A stretch of 63,962 nt of DNA, counting the filler, from Olpidium bornovanus S191 (taxonomy: Eukaryota; Fungi; Olpidiomycota), in assembly GCA_017911155.1 (NCBI GenBank). It is 31 parts of 31 records of this genome, joined end to end, with 100 filler letters (N's around TTAATTAATTAA, not from the genome) between each part and the next. Parts side by side here need not be neighbours in the genome. Positions count along the whole stretch, not along the records: positions 44,897 to 46,260 come from JAEFCI010011950.1; positions 46,361 to 49,090 come from JAEFCI010001617.1; positions 49,191 to 50,314 come from JAEFCI010011483.1; positions 50,415 to 53,076 come from JAEFCI010004886.1; positions 53,177 to 54,411 come from JAEFCI010004654.1; positions 54,512 to 57,117 come from JAEFCI010002381.1; positions 57,218 to 60,890 come from JAEFCI010012199.1; 24 more parts are not named here. One strand, given 5' to 3'. The first letter of the stretch is position 1. Every line of letters begins with the position of its first letter. The notes under the pieces were generated by a model. It worked only from the letters and a program-made list of their open reading frames with translations, searched no databases and was not told the origin of the DNA. Positions 45,160-58,411 of the stretch are shown here, piece by piece. Position numbers and translations under genes: made by a program.

Positions 45160-46085
45160 GCAAAATCTCGTAAAGCTCGGCGTCGGCGGCAATAGCGTCC
45201 TCCTGCAGCTCTGCCGCCCTGAACTCGGCCCTTCGGAGACACCACCACGTGTCGGCGGACTGCCAGAGCCCGCGGGGAATGGCGACAAGACCGTAGCCAA
45301 GGAATAGGACGATAAGGGTAAGCCCCCAGGCGTTTGACGCGGCCATGACGACAGCCCGAAGGGCGGCCGTGGTATCGATCTGCTTCTTGACCGCGATGTA
45401 AACGAGCAAGGACCCTCCCGCTAACCCTGCGGCGAGGTAATATACAAGATTCGCTCGCAGGGCATCGCGCAACTTCGACCGGAAATCGAAGCCACCCGAG
45501 GAGATGTAGGCCTGCAGGACCGGGATGGTACCCCAGGTGACGCAAAATGCGCTCCAATATATCGCGGACCACATGCCGTGAAGCTCCTCTTGAGAGACAT
45601 AAGCGAACGGCGCCCGGCGGACGCACTCCGGCGATGAGGAGCATTTGTCGTAGACAGTCTGTCGCGATTGCGTTTCAAAAGGCCCAAACAAGAGCAGATC
45701 GCCGCCACAGATGCACACGTCAAAAAAACCGCGGCGGCGCGGAAGCGGGGGATCACAGCAAACATCACGCAGAAAGCGGAGATCAAAAAGAGGGTCAAGC
45801 GCTTCACATGCTCCCGTACGGCTACTGGGACGCTTTCTCTTCCCCCACACCTCCATCCCTTTTTTCTTTCCTCCTCCTTTACTTTTCGTCCTCCCGCAAA
45901 TTCTGACGCACCGCGCTGATGTCCAGAGACAGCAAGAACGGCACGCAGAAGGGGCCCAGCCAGGAGACGAGCGCGACAAGCTGCACGAAGTAGGGAGCTG
46001 TTTTCCTGTTCCCGTAGCTAGTGAGAAGCGTCACCACCAGTCCCAACACGGCGAGACCGCCCAGGAGGACCGGCGTGGGCGACAT
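45160..46085 (-). CDS. LMBRD2: LMBR1-domain membrane protein (LMBRD2-like), N-terminal part, spliced
   Basis: MSPTPVLLGG...VSWLGPFCVPFLLSLDISA|...MWSAIYWSAFCVTW|GTIPVLQAYISSGGFDFRSKLRDALRANLVYY...MAASNAWGLTLIVLFLGYGLVAIPRGLW. Confidence 0.88.
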
Positions 46086-46519
46086 AAGTTTTACCCCGCT
46101 CGAGTTCCCGTTTGCGGCCTTCCGAAGCCTGAGGGCGTGGTGGCGGCGTATGGCACATGGATCACGTGACAGGTTATGTGCTTTTAAGACATGTCCCGCG
46201 GGAGTGGGTGTCACGAGCAGCCGAGTGGACCCTTTATGAAGTAGTAAGCCGGCTCGCGGGNNNNNNNNNNNNNNNNNNNNNNNNNNNNNNNNNNNNNNNN
46301 NNNNTTAATTAATTAANNNNNNNNNNNNNNNNNNNNNNNNNNNNNNNNNNNNNNNNNNNNATTCGGGAATGATGTGGGGCGCGTGAATACCACAGACCCA
46401 TTATAAACCCTAAGACGCGCACGGGTGAGGGTTCGACTCCCTCTCAAATTAGCGCCTTTTACTTCTCGCCGCCATTTTTTTCCCCTTCGTTTTTTTTTTT
46501 TTTTTTTTTGCGGGCGGCG

Positions 46520-46955
46520 ACCTTGCCAATTTCGGGGTTCTATCAGAGGAGGAAAATTTGCTATTGGTTATGTCGTCTTCTATTACAGATCCTGCATGTC
46601 GTGGAGATCAGTGAAGCAATCAAAGCATAATTTTCTTATCTACGGAAACAGAGCTCGTTACACCGTCAAACGCCGTGCAGGGATAGACTGGTTGCGATCC
46701 ATACTTCAGGTAATCGAAGGTGACCAACCACATGCCTGATCGATAGTCAATAGGGAGTCAAGCTCGTGACAAGCAATCAAAAGTTAAGTCATCCATTGAA
46801 GCGCACTGATGTGAAGCGCTTCTATGTTCGTGTACAAGTGCAAGACGAGACGATCGCTGTACACCCCATCGCCACATCAGCCAATGTTGCTGGCGTCTTT
46901 ACCGATGGGCCTCCGAAGCCGAGTTTTACACAGCCCGTTTCTTCCCGTGGCCTTA
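46520..46955 (+). mobile_element. Ty1/Copia RNase H remnant (frameshifted)
   Basis: IGYVVFY..SCMSWRSVKQS / IIFLSTETE / DWLRSIL / NQKLSHPLKRTDVKRFYVRVQVQDETIAVHPIATSANVAGVFT, a decayed form of SW.SKKQ..VALSTTEAEY...HIDVRYHFVRE...N.ADIFTK. Confidence 0.75.
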
Positions 46956-49900
46956 CTTTAATTCTCCGTGCCCGAATCGGGCACCTTCTCTGTTTCCGTT
47001 GCCCTTTTTCCAGTCATCCTTTTTGTTCGTTTCCTACGGCGACGACTGGAAATGTTGGAATGTACATCAGGGCCAGTGGGTGAAGCCCCACCATCTTCGT
47101 ACTATATACTACGTTCCTCCGTAAGACACGTGAACCCGGCACCATCGCCGGGCACACGAAAACAGAACAGAAATTCTGCCGGAATTTCAACGGCCGTAAG
47201 CGCCATGGGGAAAATTGCGTAAAGGAACCGTTCTTCCCACACGTCAAACTGGGAAGGAAGGCCCTGGCACATGGGACCGTTGTTTTTTTCCTGGGACTCT
47301 TGCTGCCATATGTTGTGGAAGCGGAGGTGAGCGTGCAGAGCTGGTTTGCCTGACGCACGGCACGTTCGAAATGAAACCACCGGCAAGGTGATCGGCGCAC
47401 CCGGCATCGTCGGACCTGCAAACGAGTGAGGCCAGAACGGCGTCCAAACAGCATCCGATGCAAGAAGCATAATTGTCGTGGAAGTTGACGCTCTGTTTTA
47501 TCGCCAGGCTTCCAGACGGCAACGAAGTCAACCGGCAGCTGCTCAACGGCGGTGCCAAAGCTGGCTGCCGTTGGGGCCTGCACGAAGATCAGCGTCAGAG
47601 GGAGGTTTCGCCGCCGTCGCGGACGGCGGCTGGGCGAGCGAGCTGAGCAGACGTACGACGGCATTGAGGAAAGTTCCACGCCCGGGCGTCCGCCGTGGAG
47701 GAGCGAGTTCAACGGCTGGGCGCCCGCGGGGGAGGAGCGAGCTAGTCGCCTGGACGCCCGCGGGCGAGAAGCGAGTTTTTTGGTTGGACGCCGGTGCAAG
47801 AGGATTGGGCTCGACGGCATGATGGCAAGGCAACTGAGCGACTATGGCGGCAGTCAGGTATACAAAGCAGACGCAGAAGACCCGCGGACGGCATACGCCG
47901 AAAGTGGGGGGAGTCGAAGATTAACCCAAGCCAACGTGGCAGTGCTGCGAGAGGGATGGTGAAGAGACCACAAGGTGCCGGGCCATCGTGGGAAACAAGG
48001 AAACTGTGGGAAATTGGCAAAGCGGTGGTATAACCGCCAATAAACACACCAGCATCGTCACATTGTATATGTAGCAAAGCGGCATTATTGCATGTTGAGA
48101 AAGCAAAGCTTCCGAAGGATACAGTGCTGGGCACCTAAACCAGCGCCGCTAGCTGGTCGGACAAATATATATTAGTGCTTGTAATAATACACATTACCCT
48201 GTGATATTGGTGGCAGTGCCGGCGCATGTGCGAGGGCAGTGCCGGCGCATATTGCCGGATGCGGGGCGGCTGCGGGGCGGCTGCAGGGCAGCGAGCACGG
48301 AGGGAAGGGAGGGGGAGTAGGGGGGGGGGGAGCGGCGGGGCGGAGGCTGCATGAAAATTAATTTTTGCGCCCGTTCGCCCAATGACCGCACCCTGAGCCC
48401 CTCTCCCCCCCCCCCTTTTTTTCCTTTCACCGTCCCCCCCCCCCGCGGGAAATTCGCGCAGCCCAGACGCGTCCCCATTCCGGAACGTTTCTCCCCCCCC
48501 CCTCTTCTTAAAAATAGGAAAACCCCGTCGGATTCGCGCACGGCGCGTCGCCCTTTCACCCCCGGCGCCCTAAACACACGAACAATTTAACCTGCGCGCG
48601 CCAATCGCGGGCCCTAACGGTGAGTGCGCTGGGGGAGGGAGCGGAGGGCCAGCGGGCCGTCGCGCGCGGACGCCTCGCCTGGGCCCCCCGCCGTTGTCCC
48701 GCTGGCGGGACCCCTCGCGGGTATAAAAGGCGTTCGCTGCCCCGCCAAAATCCCGTCTGCAGCCCCCCCCCCCCCCCCCCCGCAACGCGGCGCTATAACG
48801 CGTTCCCCCCAAGACTTCTACAAGACCGCACTCTCTTTCTCCCTCGCCGACAACCCATTTCCCTCCCCTCCACCTCGCCTCTCCTTTACCCCACGCGCTC
48901 GGGGATTAGACGGCCTCTCCCAGAAGAGGTCCGAGCGAAGAAAAGAAAAGAAGCACCCCGCCACTCCCACATGCGGCGAGGACTGCGCGTCCTCGCGGAC
49001 CCGGTGCGGTCCCAGACCCCGGCGGATCGGGCAGGCCACCGGCAAGCCCTGGGGACTCCCGGGAAACCGCTTTGGCGCGCGCGCGTCGGCNNNNNNNNNN
49101 NNNNNNNNNNNNNNNNNNNNNNNNNNNNNNNNNNTTAATTAATTAANNNNNNNNNNNNNNNNNNNNNNNNNNNNNNNNNNNNNNNNNNNNCCCCCCAACC
49201 ATCACCGCACTCAACTCGCCGCGGAAAGACCAACGGCGCCCGCCGCCGCCGATTTCCCGCCGTGCTACGGCGAACTCGACCATTCTCCTCCTCACAGACG
49301 AAAAGCGCATGATGATTTAAAAGCCAGTTTGATTAATTCAAGATTAAATACATTGCATTGTACATTGGATTGTATAGTTAGAGTTTGCAAGATTCAAATT
49401 TGATTGTTAAAAGTTGAAATTATAGTGCGATGTGAGTTGTACTGTGAAGTTGCATACATTGGTGTTTCGGGGAAGGACGATGGCGTGGAGTGGCAGTGTA
49501 TTCAAAATAGAGGAAGTGGGGGGGGAACCTCGGACCTCCGCTCCGAAAAGCCTCGGCTGCCTACGTACCCGGTTGCCCGGGATCAAAGGTTTCGTAGTTC
49601 TATTTGATTATTAAAAGTAAAAAAAAACTTATATAAGGGGAGGGCCGAAAAGCCCCTACATAAGTACATTTTGAATTGGGAAGGAGAGTGTGGGCAGATG
49701 GAAAGGTGAAGAGAGATGTGGTGATGGGATGTGGTGAGGGAATGCAGGGGGGTGCAAGGTAATCAAGGGAAAGGTGATGAGGGAAAGGGAGGGAGCGGAC
49801 GGGAGAGAGGTATGAGAGAGGGAGGATGGAACGGACGGGAGAGAGGTACGAGAGACGGAGGAGGAGGAAAGGGGGAGGGGGACCGAACAAACCTTCCGGA

Positions 49901-50414
49901 GTCCTAGGTGAGGGGCGGGGGAGGGAAGCGCTCGCACCGGGAAACTCTTCCGGTGGTGGGGGGAGCACCCCGGCGGCGGCTATACCTGTAACCCGGTGCT
50001 CCCGGCCCGAAGGCCGCCGGCGGTTCCGGCCGCCATTCGCCCTTGCCCCGAGGTGCCACTCCGCCCGGGTCCGCGGCCGAAGGCCTGTATGGAAGGGCGA
50101 AAAGGACGAAAAGGACCAAGATCAGCTCAATTGAATCAACAAAAAAAAATAGAAAAAAAAGGACGAGATGAAAACAGAAGAAAAATCACACCTTAGTTGC
50201 GCCGCGACGATGTTTAGGCCCTGCCGGCTACAACCGGTCTTAGGGACCTGTCGCGGGGCGAGAGCGGTTTTGACACTCCCGGGCGACCTCCAGGGGATTG
50301 CGGGCGGCCGGCGCNNNNNNNNNNNNNNNNNNNNNNNNNNNNNNNNNNNNNNNNNNNNTTAATTAATTAANNNNNNNNNNNNNNNNNNNNNNNNNNNNNN
50401 NNNNNNNNNNNNNN

Positions 50415-50451
<37 letters not shown>

Positions 50452-50565
50452 GGGGGGCGCTCATCGCGACGCGAAAGGAAAGCAAGCGCCCGGAAGGAGG
50501 TTCAAAAGCCAGGGATTTCCTCCCCACCCTCCGCGTTTCTCAGTTTCCTCCCTCGACTTCTCCAG

Positions 50566-51180
50566 CGTGACCACGTGGCTTGACTCGCAGACCGGTCGAC
50601 GCAAGTACTGCCCGATCTGCAAGGCCCTGTGCAGGGAAACCAGTCTCGTCCCGCTGTTTGTGGACTGGGCGTCTTCAGAGGAGACAAGCAGGCCTGCCCA
50701 AAAGGTGACCCGCGAAAAGCCGCCCCACCCCGCCACCCTCTCCGCCCCGTCTCGTCCGTACGTCCGGTCGCGACCAGGGAACCTCACCCGCGGCTCGTTT
50801 TTGGTCCGCCGTCGCCGGTTGCCCCGGCCTCAGGCGGCGCCCTTCGCCGCTCAGGTGTGGAAATTGGTGCGGGTCTTCAGCGACAGGGCCCAAAGACTCG
50901 GCCGGGACAAGGCCGACTTGCTGCTGGACAAGAGCAAACTCCTTGCGGAAATTGAGGCGGCCACTGCAATGCTTTTATGTGCCCGCCAGTCGTCGGCCGC
51001 GCTCGCGGCGGATCTGAAAAAGCTGCGGCACTGCGCCAAGACCCTCACGGACGATCGCAGGATTTTGGCGAAGTACAGTATCCGCGCTGTGCCGGCCGCA
51101 ACAGCAAAAATGAAAAATTAAATGCCTGCCCGTGTCGCAAGGGGGAACGGGGCTTGGGAGTGGGGGCGGGGGGGGGGGGG

Positions 51181-51245
<65 letters not shown>

Positions 51246-51420
51246 AGAGGGGGGTCGATCCTTCTGGCCCCCGGTCCACCCAAAAGCTCACGCGCACACG
51301 TTGTTGCGCCCACAGGAAGCTCGCGGATGCATTGTCGGACGCCGCCGAATGGAAAGAAAGGGCCGCGGAAAAGGACGCCGCGCTGGCGGGACTGGCGAGC
51401 GGCGAACTGCCGGAGGAGTG
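50566..51420 (+). CDS. RING-finger protein with coiled coil (TRAIP/RFWD3-like), partial, spliced
   Basis: Second half of a RING (VTTWL...YCPICKALC..TSLVPLFVD) followed by coiled-coil exons. Confidence 0.55.
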
Positions 51421-52975
51421 AGTTACGCGCCGGGCCTGGAAATTGACGCGCCTGTTTACGGCATCGCCGGAAGCAGGGCACTCGCGTACGCGCGTCCTGC
51501 TTACGGAGGGGAAAAACGCGCAGGTGCATGGATCTCGACCCGCCGCCGCGGTCTCTGGCCGGAAAATTTAAGCTCGCCGCGGCCGCCGGGACAGGGTAGG
51601 CAAAAAAAGCAAAAAAAAAAAAAAAAAAATTAGGATTATTTGGCTTCCGCGCGGCCAGCGCGCGCGCGCCGCGTCTGGGGCAGCCGGATATCACACCGCC
51701 CGCGCCGAGTATCGCTCATTTACCCGGCTTCCCGGCAGTATCCCGAGGGCTCAGCCCCTGGGCCCTCATTCGCGTTTAGGTGGGCCTCGAACTGAAACGC
51801 GGAGAAACGCGGGAGATTCTTTTTTTTTATTTATTCGTTCCCTCCCGAAATCCCTGTTTTTTCCGCCGGAAGGCCGGAAAAAGGAAGAAAGATATTTGCG
51901 GGGTTTCCGCGCTAAAGAAGTGGCGGATTTTCTTTTCCCCCGCTCTCTCGGCCCGTCCATGTTTCCATCTCCACCGCAACAGGTAACGCCGCATAAGGCG
52001 CGACGACAGCGCTTTCCCAAATTCGATGGACGAGAGAGGACGCCCCCTGGTCTTTCTGCCGTCGTAGGTCAGCGGGCACTTCAACACCCCCCCCCCCCCC
52101 CCCCTCCGGGCCTCCCACCACCACACCCAGCATTTTCCGTTTATTTGGCCTGTCAGTCGAATTCGCATTTTTTTTTTCCTATCGAGCTACCCGTGTTTGC
52201 CGGGACGAATGCGATCAAGCGTCGGAACCTGTCCACTTGCACCGGGGTTTATTTTCTTTTTTTTTTTAAAAAAAAAAAAGGAGGGGTGGGTGTGTGTGTG
52301 GGTGTGAGAAAGAGGGGGGGGTGGGGGAGGAAAGGATTACGGGATTCTCGATTTCAACGGCGCGACGCGTGTTTTTTATTTTTCTTCCCTTCCTTTCAGG
52401 AACGAGTGCCGACGCGCGTCCCCGGCTGAAATCGGGGCTGGTCCGGCGATCCCCCCCCCCCCTTAAGCGCATCGGGGTTTCCCAAACGGGAGCGCCGTTA
52501 TCCCGTCCCGTCCCGCCCACCGCACATCTCGTCCTCCGCACCGCATAACAACACCCACCCCCTCCACACACACACACAATCTTCGGCAGGGCGGTTCGCG
52601 TGAGGCCGCCGACAAGAGTCGCCCCCGGGCCGCCCTTTTCACGAAGGACGAGCGGGAAATCACTTCCAGACGGGCCTCGCGCCCTGATCACGACGATCTT
52701 GCGACAGGTTACGTACCACCCCTCCCTCCCGGGAAAAACGTCGGCTTCGTACACGTCCGTGGTGCCGAAAGTCTTTCCGCGGGGGAGGGAAGGGGGGGGG
52801 GGCCTCTCCTTCTTTTTCCCCGTTTTTGCACGCGCCTCTCAAGCGAGAAAGGGAGAGCTGACCATCCCGCCTTTTCCCGCGGGAGAGAAGCCGCGCGGTC
52901 GTCCCGCGTCCGACTCGTCGTCGGCGAAAGCACCCCTTCTTGGCCAACGCCAAAAATTTCCCCCCGCGTACAACG

Positions 52976-53020
<45 letters not shown>

Positions 53021-53176
53021 CGAAAAAAAAAAAAAAAAATTCCCTTTTCCCCCCCCCCCCCCCCCCACGCCCCCGCNNNNNNNNNNNNNNNNNNNNNNNN
53101 NNNNNNNNNNNNNNNNNNNNTTAATTAATTAANNNNNNNNNNNNNNNNNNNNNNNNNNNNNNNNNNNNNNNNNNNN

Positions 53177-53869
53177 CATGGGCATACAGGCAGGTAAATT
53201 GAGTGTTTAGGAAACAGTAATATGACGCTACGCGATGAATAAACAAAAAAATAGGTTGCGCTACCTTTGCAGGCGGAGCGCGTTGTTGCAAAACGGTGAG
53301 GCTCGAATCCGTTGTCTGGAAAACTGAACAACCCTGAGGCGTCAGTACTCCGTGATGCGACTTCCTTGCCAACAACGGATTTTCCGTCAATTCACTTGTC
53401 CGGAAGTTTTTGAGCAACCCACGTAACGCTTACTTTCAAGATTGGTCGTTAGCTTCCGCCCTTCGAAGGTTGTCCCACCCTCGTACGCATCAGCACCGGC
53501 AAACGGCAGCACGCTGGGATCGTCGAGGAAGCCAACGCGTTCAAAGCCCAAAGTGGAGACGAACAGGTCCACGGAGAGCTGAGCAACATTACCAATCGAC
53601 ACCGAGGGCTATTTCGGAGGAGCAACGCGCAGCAAAGCGTCAGGCGCATCTAGCGCCACAGCTCAGAACGCAATTAAAACTTAGCGAACGTCCGCCAGCA
53701 GCTGAGAGACTTCTCGAAACGCCGCACGGCCTCCGCCCCCGGCCGCCTCGGTCTTCCTTTTAGGTCGTACCAGCAGCAGCACGCTGCCCTCCAGTCTGCG
53801 CGCGTCGTAACCTTGCGACGGGACGAACGTGTCCACGGCGGAAGAGGTCCGGTGTTCGCCCAGCGTCAT
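53177..53869 (-). CDS. PSMG2: Proteasome assembly chaperone 2, N-terminal part, spliced
   Basis: FVPSQGYDARRLEGSVLLL|PSVSIGNVAQLSVDLFVSTLGFERVGFLDDPSVLPFAGADAY...TTNLE|VFQTTDSSLTVLQQRAP, parallel to the PAC2 motif FVP...L.G.TL..PAVSVGNVGQLA.DL. Confidence 0.88.
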
Positions 53870-54511
53870 CTCCACTTTGATGGCTGACCGTCAACGATCT
53901 TCTCGGAGGTCCCTTCTCCCGCGCCCTTTTTCGTTATCTCGTTCGGCCGGGTTTTCTTTTTCCTTTTGCTTCTCTCTCTCCGCCTGTTTCCTTCGCGGGG
54001 TTTGGGCCGTCCACCGGCGGAATTTTTTTCTTTTTTTTTTATTTTTTATTTTTTATTTTTTCCGTTTTGGCGATCGATTTCCGGGCGGCGCTGGTCAGAC
54101 TCCGGACGCCCAGACGGGGCGCGCGCTCGTTTTGCCGGCTCGAGCCACGCGTTTGCCACGACCCCTATCGGGTCCAGCCGACCTCTTCCCACCATCTGTG
54201 ACGAGCGAGTAAGGTTCGACGCGTCTCTGGCGACAGCAGTTTCGGTCGCTCGTAGCGAACGCGGCAATTTGATTCCTGTGCCGGCACCTGCCATTTCTTT
54301 TCCCTCGCTTTTTCCCGAAAATCTTGGTCTCGGAAACCAAGAGCGCACGACCTCGCGGAAGGTCTTGATCTCGCTCCTCAAGCGGCCAAAAGTGAATCAA
54401 CCGGAACATGANNNNNNNNNNNNNNNNNNNNNNNNNNNNNNNNNNNNNNNNNNNNTTAATTAATTAANNNNNNNNNNNNNNNNNNNNNNNNNNNNNNNNN
54501 NNNNNNNNNNN

Positions 54512-56094
54512 CATGATTTGGGACGGAGGACGAGAATTGGACGGAAGACGGCGCGTGCCCGATGGTAGAGGACTTCGTGAGATGTTAGCCAGAGCCACAC
54601 CGGCGCCCATATTCACGAACTTCTTACGCTTCTTCGATGAAGCTCGTCGCGTACTCGCCCAACGACTGCAAAACTATTGACAGCACACGGCCAAAAAGTA
54701 AGTGGTTGGTCGTCACGATTACATGGGCCTTGAAAAAACGCAGCAAATGAAGACCTGGCTTTCCCCGGTACTCACACGTCTCGCCCAGACAATAAAACTG
54801 TTGCACAACCAGCAGCCACAGTGCGAGCGGCAGGTAAGGGAGGCACACCTTAAAATCGAAATTGATACTACGCAGCACATCCTCCTCGGCACGGATTAAC
54901 GTGGCGTGCCACTTCCTATATTCCTGGTAATCGGCGTGTACGCAAAACAAGGAAATATAGGCAGGAATAAATCGGCCGTCATTTTGTCAAGAAACTTTCG
55001 GCCTTGTCTTCCACATAAAAAAAGGAGAAAAAGAATAAAAACGACTCCGCAAATCTGAACGACAAACTTAGTCTAATTTATAGAAGCAAACTCACATGAT
55101 CATTCGGCGTTAACAGCTTGTACTCCGCCTTCCGCGCGTGCTGTACAATTCGAGAGATGAATTGGTCGATCGGAATGTGCCTAGGGTTCTCCTCGGACTT
55201 GCACGATATCCACAAACACGCCGCGGCAATCTCCTTTGTTGTGTCGATGCCCAGTGTGTCGGGGGCCCCTTTTTTTTCAGCGAGCGAACCCCGCCTGTTT
55301 CTCTCGGCCGACAGCACGCGGGTGGGGGAATGGCTTCCACCCCACTTACAATGTAATGATGGAACCTAAAGGAAGACATCATGTAAAACCTGTGCAAAAA
55401 CATGATAGCTGTCGAGATGGCTGTAGTCGGCCTGCGTTCAAGAAGTTGCAGTAAGCCGAGTAATGACTGCCATGACTTTGCTTCTTTGGGTTGGCGCTTT
55501 TTCGGAAAAGATGCCGTCGACTTACACTTCGAGGTCTCGCCCAATAGCTTCAACGTAATGCACCCCGCGGTGCCTATAGTAATTTTCCGCTTTCGGCGTA
55601 AACCCGTCTTTGGCGCTCGGCGTCGAATCAAACAAGTCAGGTGAGAAGAGCCAGTCCGACTGGTTCGCTCGGATGGCGTACTGTCGCATTGTTCGCATCG
55701 GGTCGGTCCGCAGCTTCTTGGGATCCAGGTGAGCCGGCAGCGTTGCCCACGTTCCGGTGGTCGCTGCGGCAGACGCCGCCTCGTCCTGAGGCGGCTCCGG
55801 GGTTTTCGCCGAAGGAAGGGTGGATACGGAGGGGGGAACGTCCTTTGGCGGCGGCGGCGGCGCCGGGGGGCCGGAGGACGCGAGTGGAGAAGTCGCCCTG
55901 GTCTGATCTGAGGAGCCGGAGGTGGAAGAGTTGGAAGAAGACGAAGAAGCCGCGTTCGCGTTCGCGGCCGCGCCGTTCGCCGCCGCCGACGAGGGAAGCT
56001 GCGCGGCTCCCGCCGGGCGCCTGGCTTTGGCGGGGCGCTTGGGCACGGCCGGGCGCCTGCGGGAAGACGCAGACTTCGAAGCCGCGGGCGGCAT
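54512..56094 (-). CDS. Transcriptional cyclin (cyclin T/K, Pch1/Bur2/Ctk2-like), spliced
   Basis: WLFSPDLFDSTPSAKDGFTPKAENYYRHRGVHYV, ISTAIMFLHRFYMMSSF, EIAAACLWISCKSEENPR, EYRKWHATLIRAEEDVLRSINFDFKVCLPY. Confidence 0.88.
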
Positions 56095-56334
56095 GGTGCT
56101 GCGCGCGTTGCTCTTATTCGTCGCGTTGTTTTGATTTGTTTTTTTTTTTTCTCTCTCTTTTCTCCCTTTTTTTTCTTTGTCCGTTTCTGGAAGTTCGGGG
56201 CGCGGGTAAAAAAAAAAAAAAAAAACGTGAGAAAGAACGGGGGAAAGAACGGAGAAACGTGAGAGGGCGCGGCGGAGAAAGAAAAAGGGGCCGGGCCGGG
56301 GGGAACGAGAGGCGGGGGGAACGAAGGGGGAAAG

Positions 56335-56380
<46 letters not shown>

Positions 56381-57952
56381 GGAACAACGCGGGAGAAAAG
56401 GCCCGGGCGGGGGGGCGGTTCCGCGCGCGGAGCCGCCGGTGACGCGCGGCGGGGCGCGAAACACGCTCTCGTCCGCGACCGCCCGGAACGGTTCCCGACG
56501 GGAAACGCACGCCACACCGCCCCCTTCCCCCCCCCCCCCCCCCCCCCCCCCCCCGCCCCCCCCCCCCCCCCCCCCCCCCCCGCGGAGCCTTTACCCAAGT
56601 CCTCGTCGGCAGATAAATTCTGCTTCTGCCCCTCCAGGCCTGCATGCCCCCCACCCCCCCGATCATCCGCTTTTGGCCTTCGCCTTCAAACGACCACCAT
56701 CATTGGTTTGCGCATCTTTGAATCTTACAGCTTTTTGCCTGGATACCAGGCGAGGCGCACTGTAATAGTCCGTCTTACGCCCCGGAGAAGATAGAATACG
56801 CCCCAATTCCAAGATCTCGCTGCCTGCGTCCTTTGGCGAAGGCAGGGGCGTCTGTCCACTCTCTCAGTTAGGCCGGCTGAAGTGAATGCGCCAAAAAAAA
56901 AAAAAAAAAAAAAAAAAAGGAACAAAAAAAGCGGATCCTCTATACTGCTTCGCTTTGCTTTTTTATGCCGGTGACTTACGACGTTCCTCTTTCCAGAACG
57001 GCATGCAAAAAATTATGTTTGGCAAACGCTGAGAGCTCTTTGACAAGCCGTCACGTATGTAGAGGCCCGCAGTATCCAACGTGGGTCACTGATCGCACGG
57101 CAGGATGGGAAAGGGGGNNNNNNNNNNNNNNNNNNNNNNNNNNNNNNNNNNNNNNNNNNNNTTAATTAATTAANNNNNNNNNNNNNNNNNNNNNNNNNNN
57201 NNNNNNNNNNNNNNNNNCATGAGAGAACCGGACACGATCCAATTTCACGAAACATCTTCTACCCCGTGTCCAAAGGGAGCGACATACCAACATATTGGTC
57301 GTCGCGACCTAGCAAACGGTATCAGTTTCTTTGCTGTAAACTCACGACTATTATTTAACTTTAATATATATCTGCTGTTTCCGGCTAAATGAAGAAGCTT
57401 GCCGTTCGTCCAGCCGGCAACCGGCAACTGAGCCTCTTCCCGATATTTCGCGCGTACGAAATCCGGCTCAAGGAGTGCGACTGTGTGCTGCGCACTGGTT
57501 TTACGTCCTTCTGGTCAAGTCCCTTGTTTTGCTACTCCATCACGCTTACTTCGGGGAACGTGTAATAAACCGTTAATCCCCCAAGCGTGAGGGGCCTCAT
57601 GCATGTCCGAGAACCCTCACAAAAACCCGAGGTTCGTCCAGAACTGTCAAAACTCGTCGGAAAACAGCCAGCCAATCCTCCCGTCGCTAGTGTACGTCAA
57701 GTGCCGCCAGGCCCGCCTAAGAAAACGGCGAGTATTCTTGTAGAACATAAGCGGCAACAGCATTTCGTCAAACGTGCGGGAAGAGCGTCCAAACTATCCA
57801 ATGCTGGCCAAGTTTTCTTTCTTCTCTCCAGCCGACAAAAGCGGTTACAGACGGGAGGGGAACGAGTTATCATCGCACACACCCGCGAGGAGAGAATCAA
57901 CGGAACGGCGTCACTTTTCCGGGGGCATACAGCGGCCTCACACCGCAATTCT

Positions 57953-58411
57953 TCACGCGTCGACGGCGGTTGCAGCGGCGGCGGCGGCGGCGGCGGCGGT
58001 CACGCCGCGGAGGCCGTCGTCCTTGCGCTTCGTCTGCTCGAATTGCTCCCGCAGCGCCGCCAGGTGCCACTCCAGCTCGTGGATGGCGGCTTCCTCGGCG
58101 TCGCGCTCCTTTGAGAGTCTGAACTGCAACTCCAGCCCTTCTGTGAGCTGTTGGCCGATGGCGATCCAGAGGAACATGTTCAGGAAGGGGACAACAAGCT
58201 TGTCCTCGTCGGAAAGCGGGGGGTTCTCGAATTTCCGCGAAAGGCGGAGCCCCGGGGCCGTTTCGGTGGCCGTGTTCCGGATTGAGGTCGGAAGCCGCCG
58301 GCACGGCGGCAGCGGGCGACCGACGGCCGCCGGCTGCGATAGGTGAAACCTCCAGGCGACCCTCAAGGAAGAGTAGGCCGCTGCAACGCGGCCCAGCGCC
58401 GCATTCTCCAT
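57953..58411 (-). CDS. Hypothetical protein with possible mitochondrial-type leader and C-terminal coiled coil
   Basis: Intronless GC3-rich frame: MENAALGRV...VVPFLNMFLWIAIGQQLTEGLELQFRLSKERDAEEAAIHELEWHL. Confidence 0.4.
   Translation of the reverse strand: MENAALGRVAAAYSSLRVAWRFHLSQPAAVGRPLPPCRRLPTSIRNTATETAPGLRLSRKFENPPLSDEDKLVVPFLNMFLWIAIGQQLTEGLELQFRLSKERDAEEAAIHELEWHLAALREQFEQTKRKDDGLRGVTAAAAAAAAATAVDA

Noticed and set aside
47102-47470. Possible CxC2/KDZ transposase-associated fragment (HAHLRFHNIW)
   Set aside because: The required Cys pattern is absent; the resemblance is too weak.
49191-50314. AT-rich block plus purine-rich stretch as a TE end
   Set aside because: No termini, hairpin, ORF or second copy found.
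51900-52760. Possible coding fragments (FGTTDVYEADVFPGREGWYVTCRKIVVIR)
   Set aside because: Strand and frame are ambiguous; unassignable.
57218-57480. Minus-strand protein-like stretch LLEPDFVRAKYREEAQLPVAGWTNGKLLHL
   Set aside because: Plausible exon, but no family is recognised and the boundaries are unclear.
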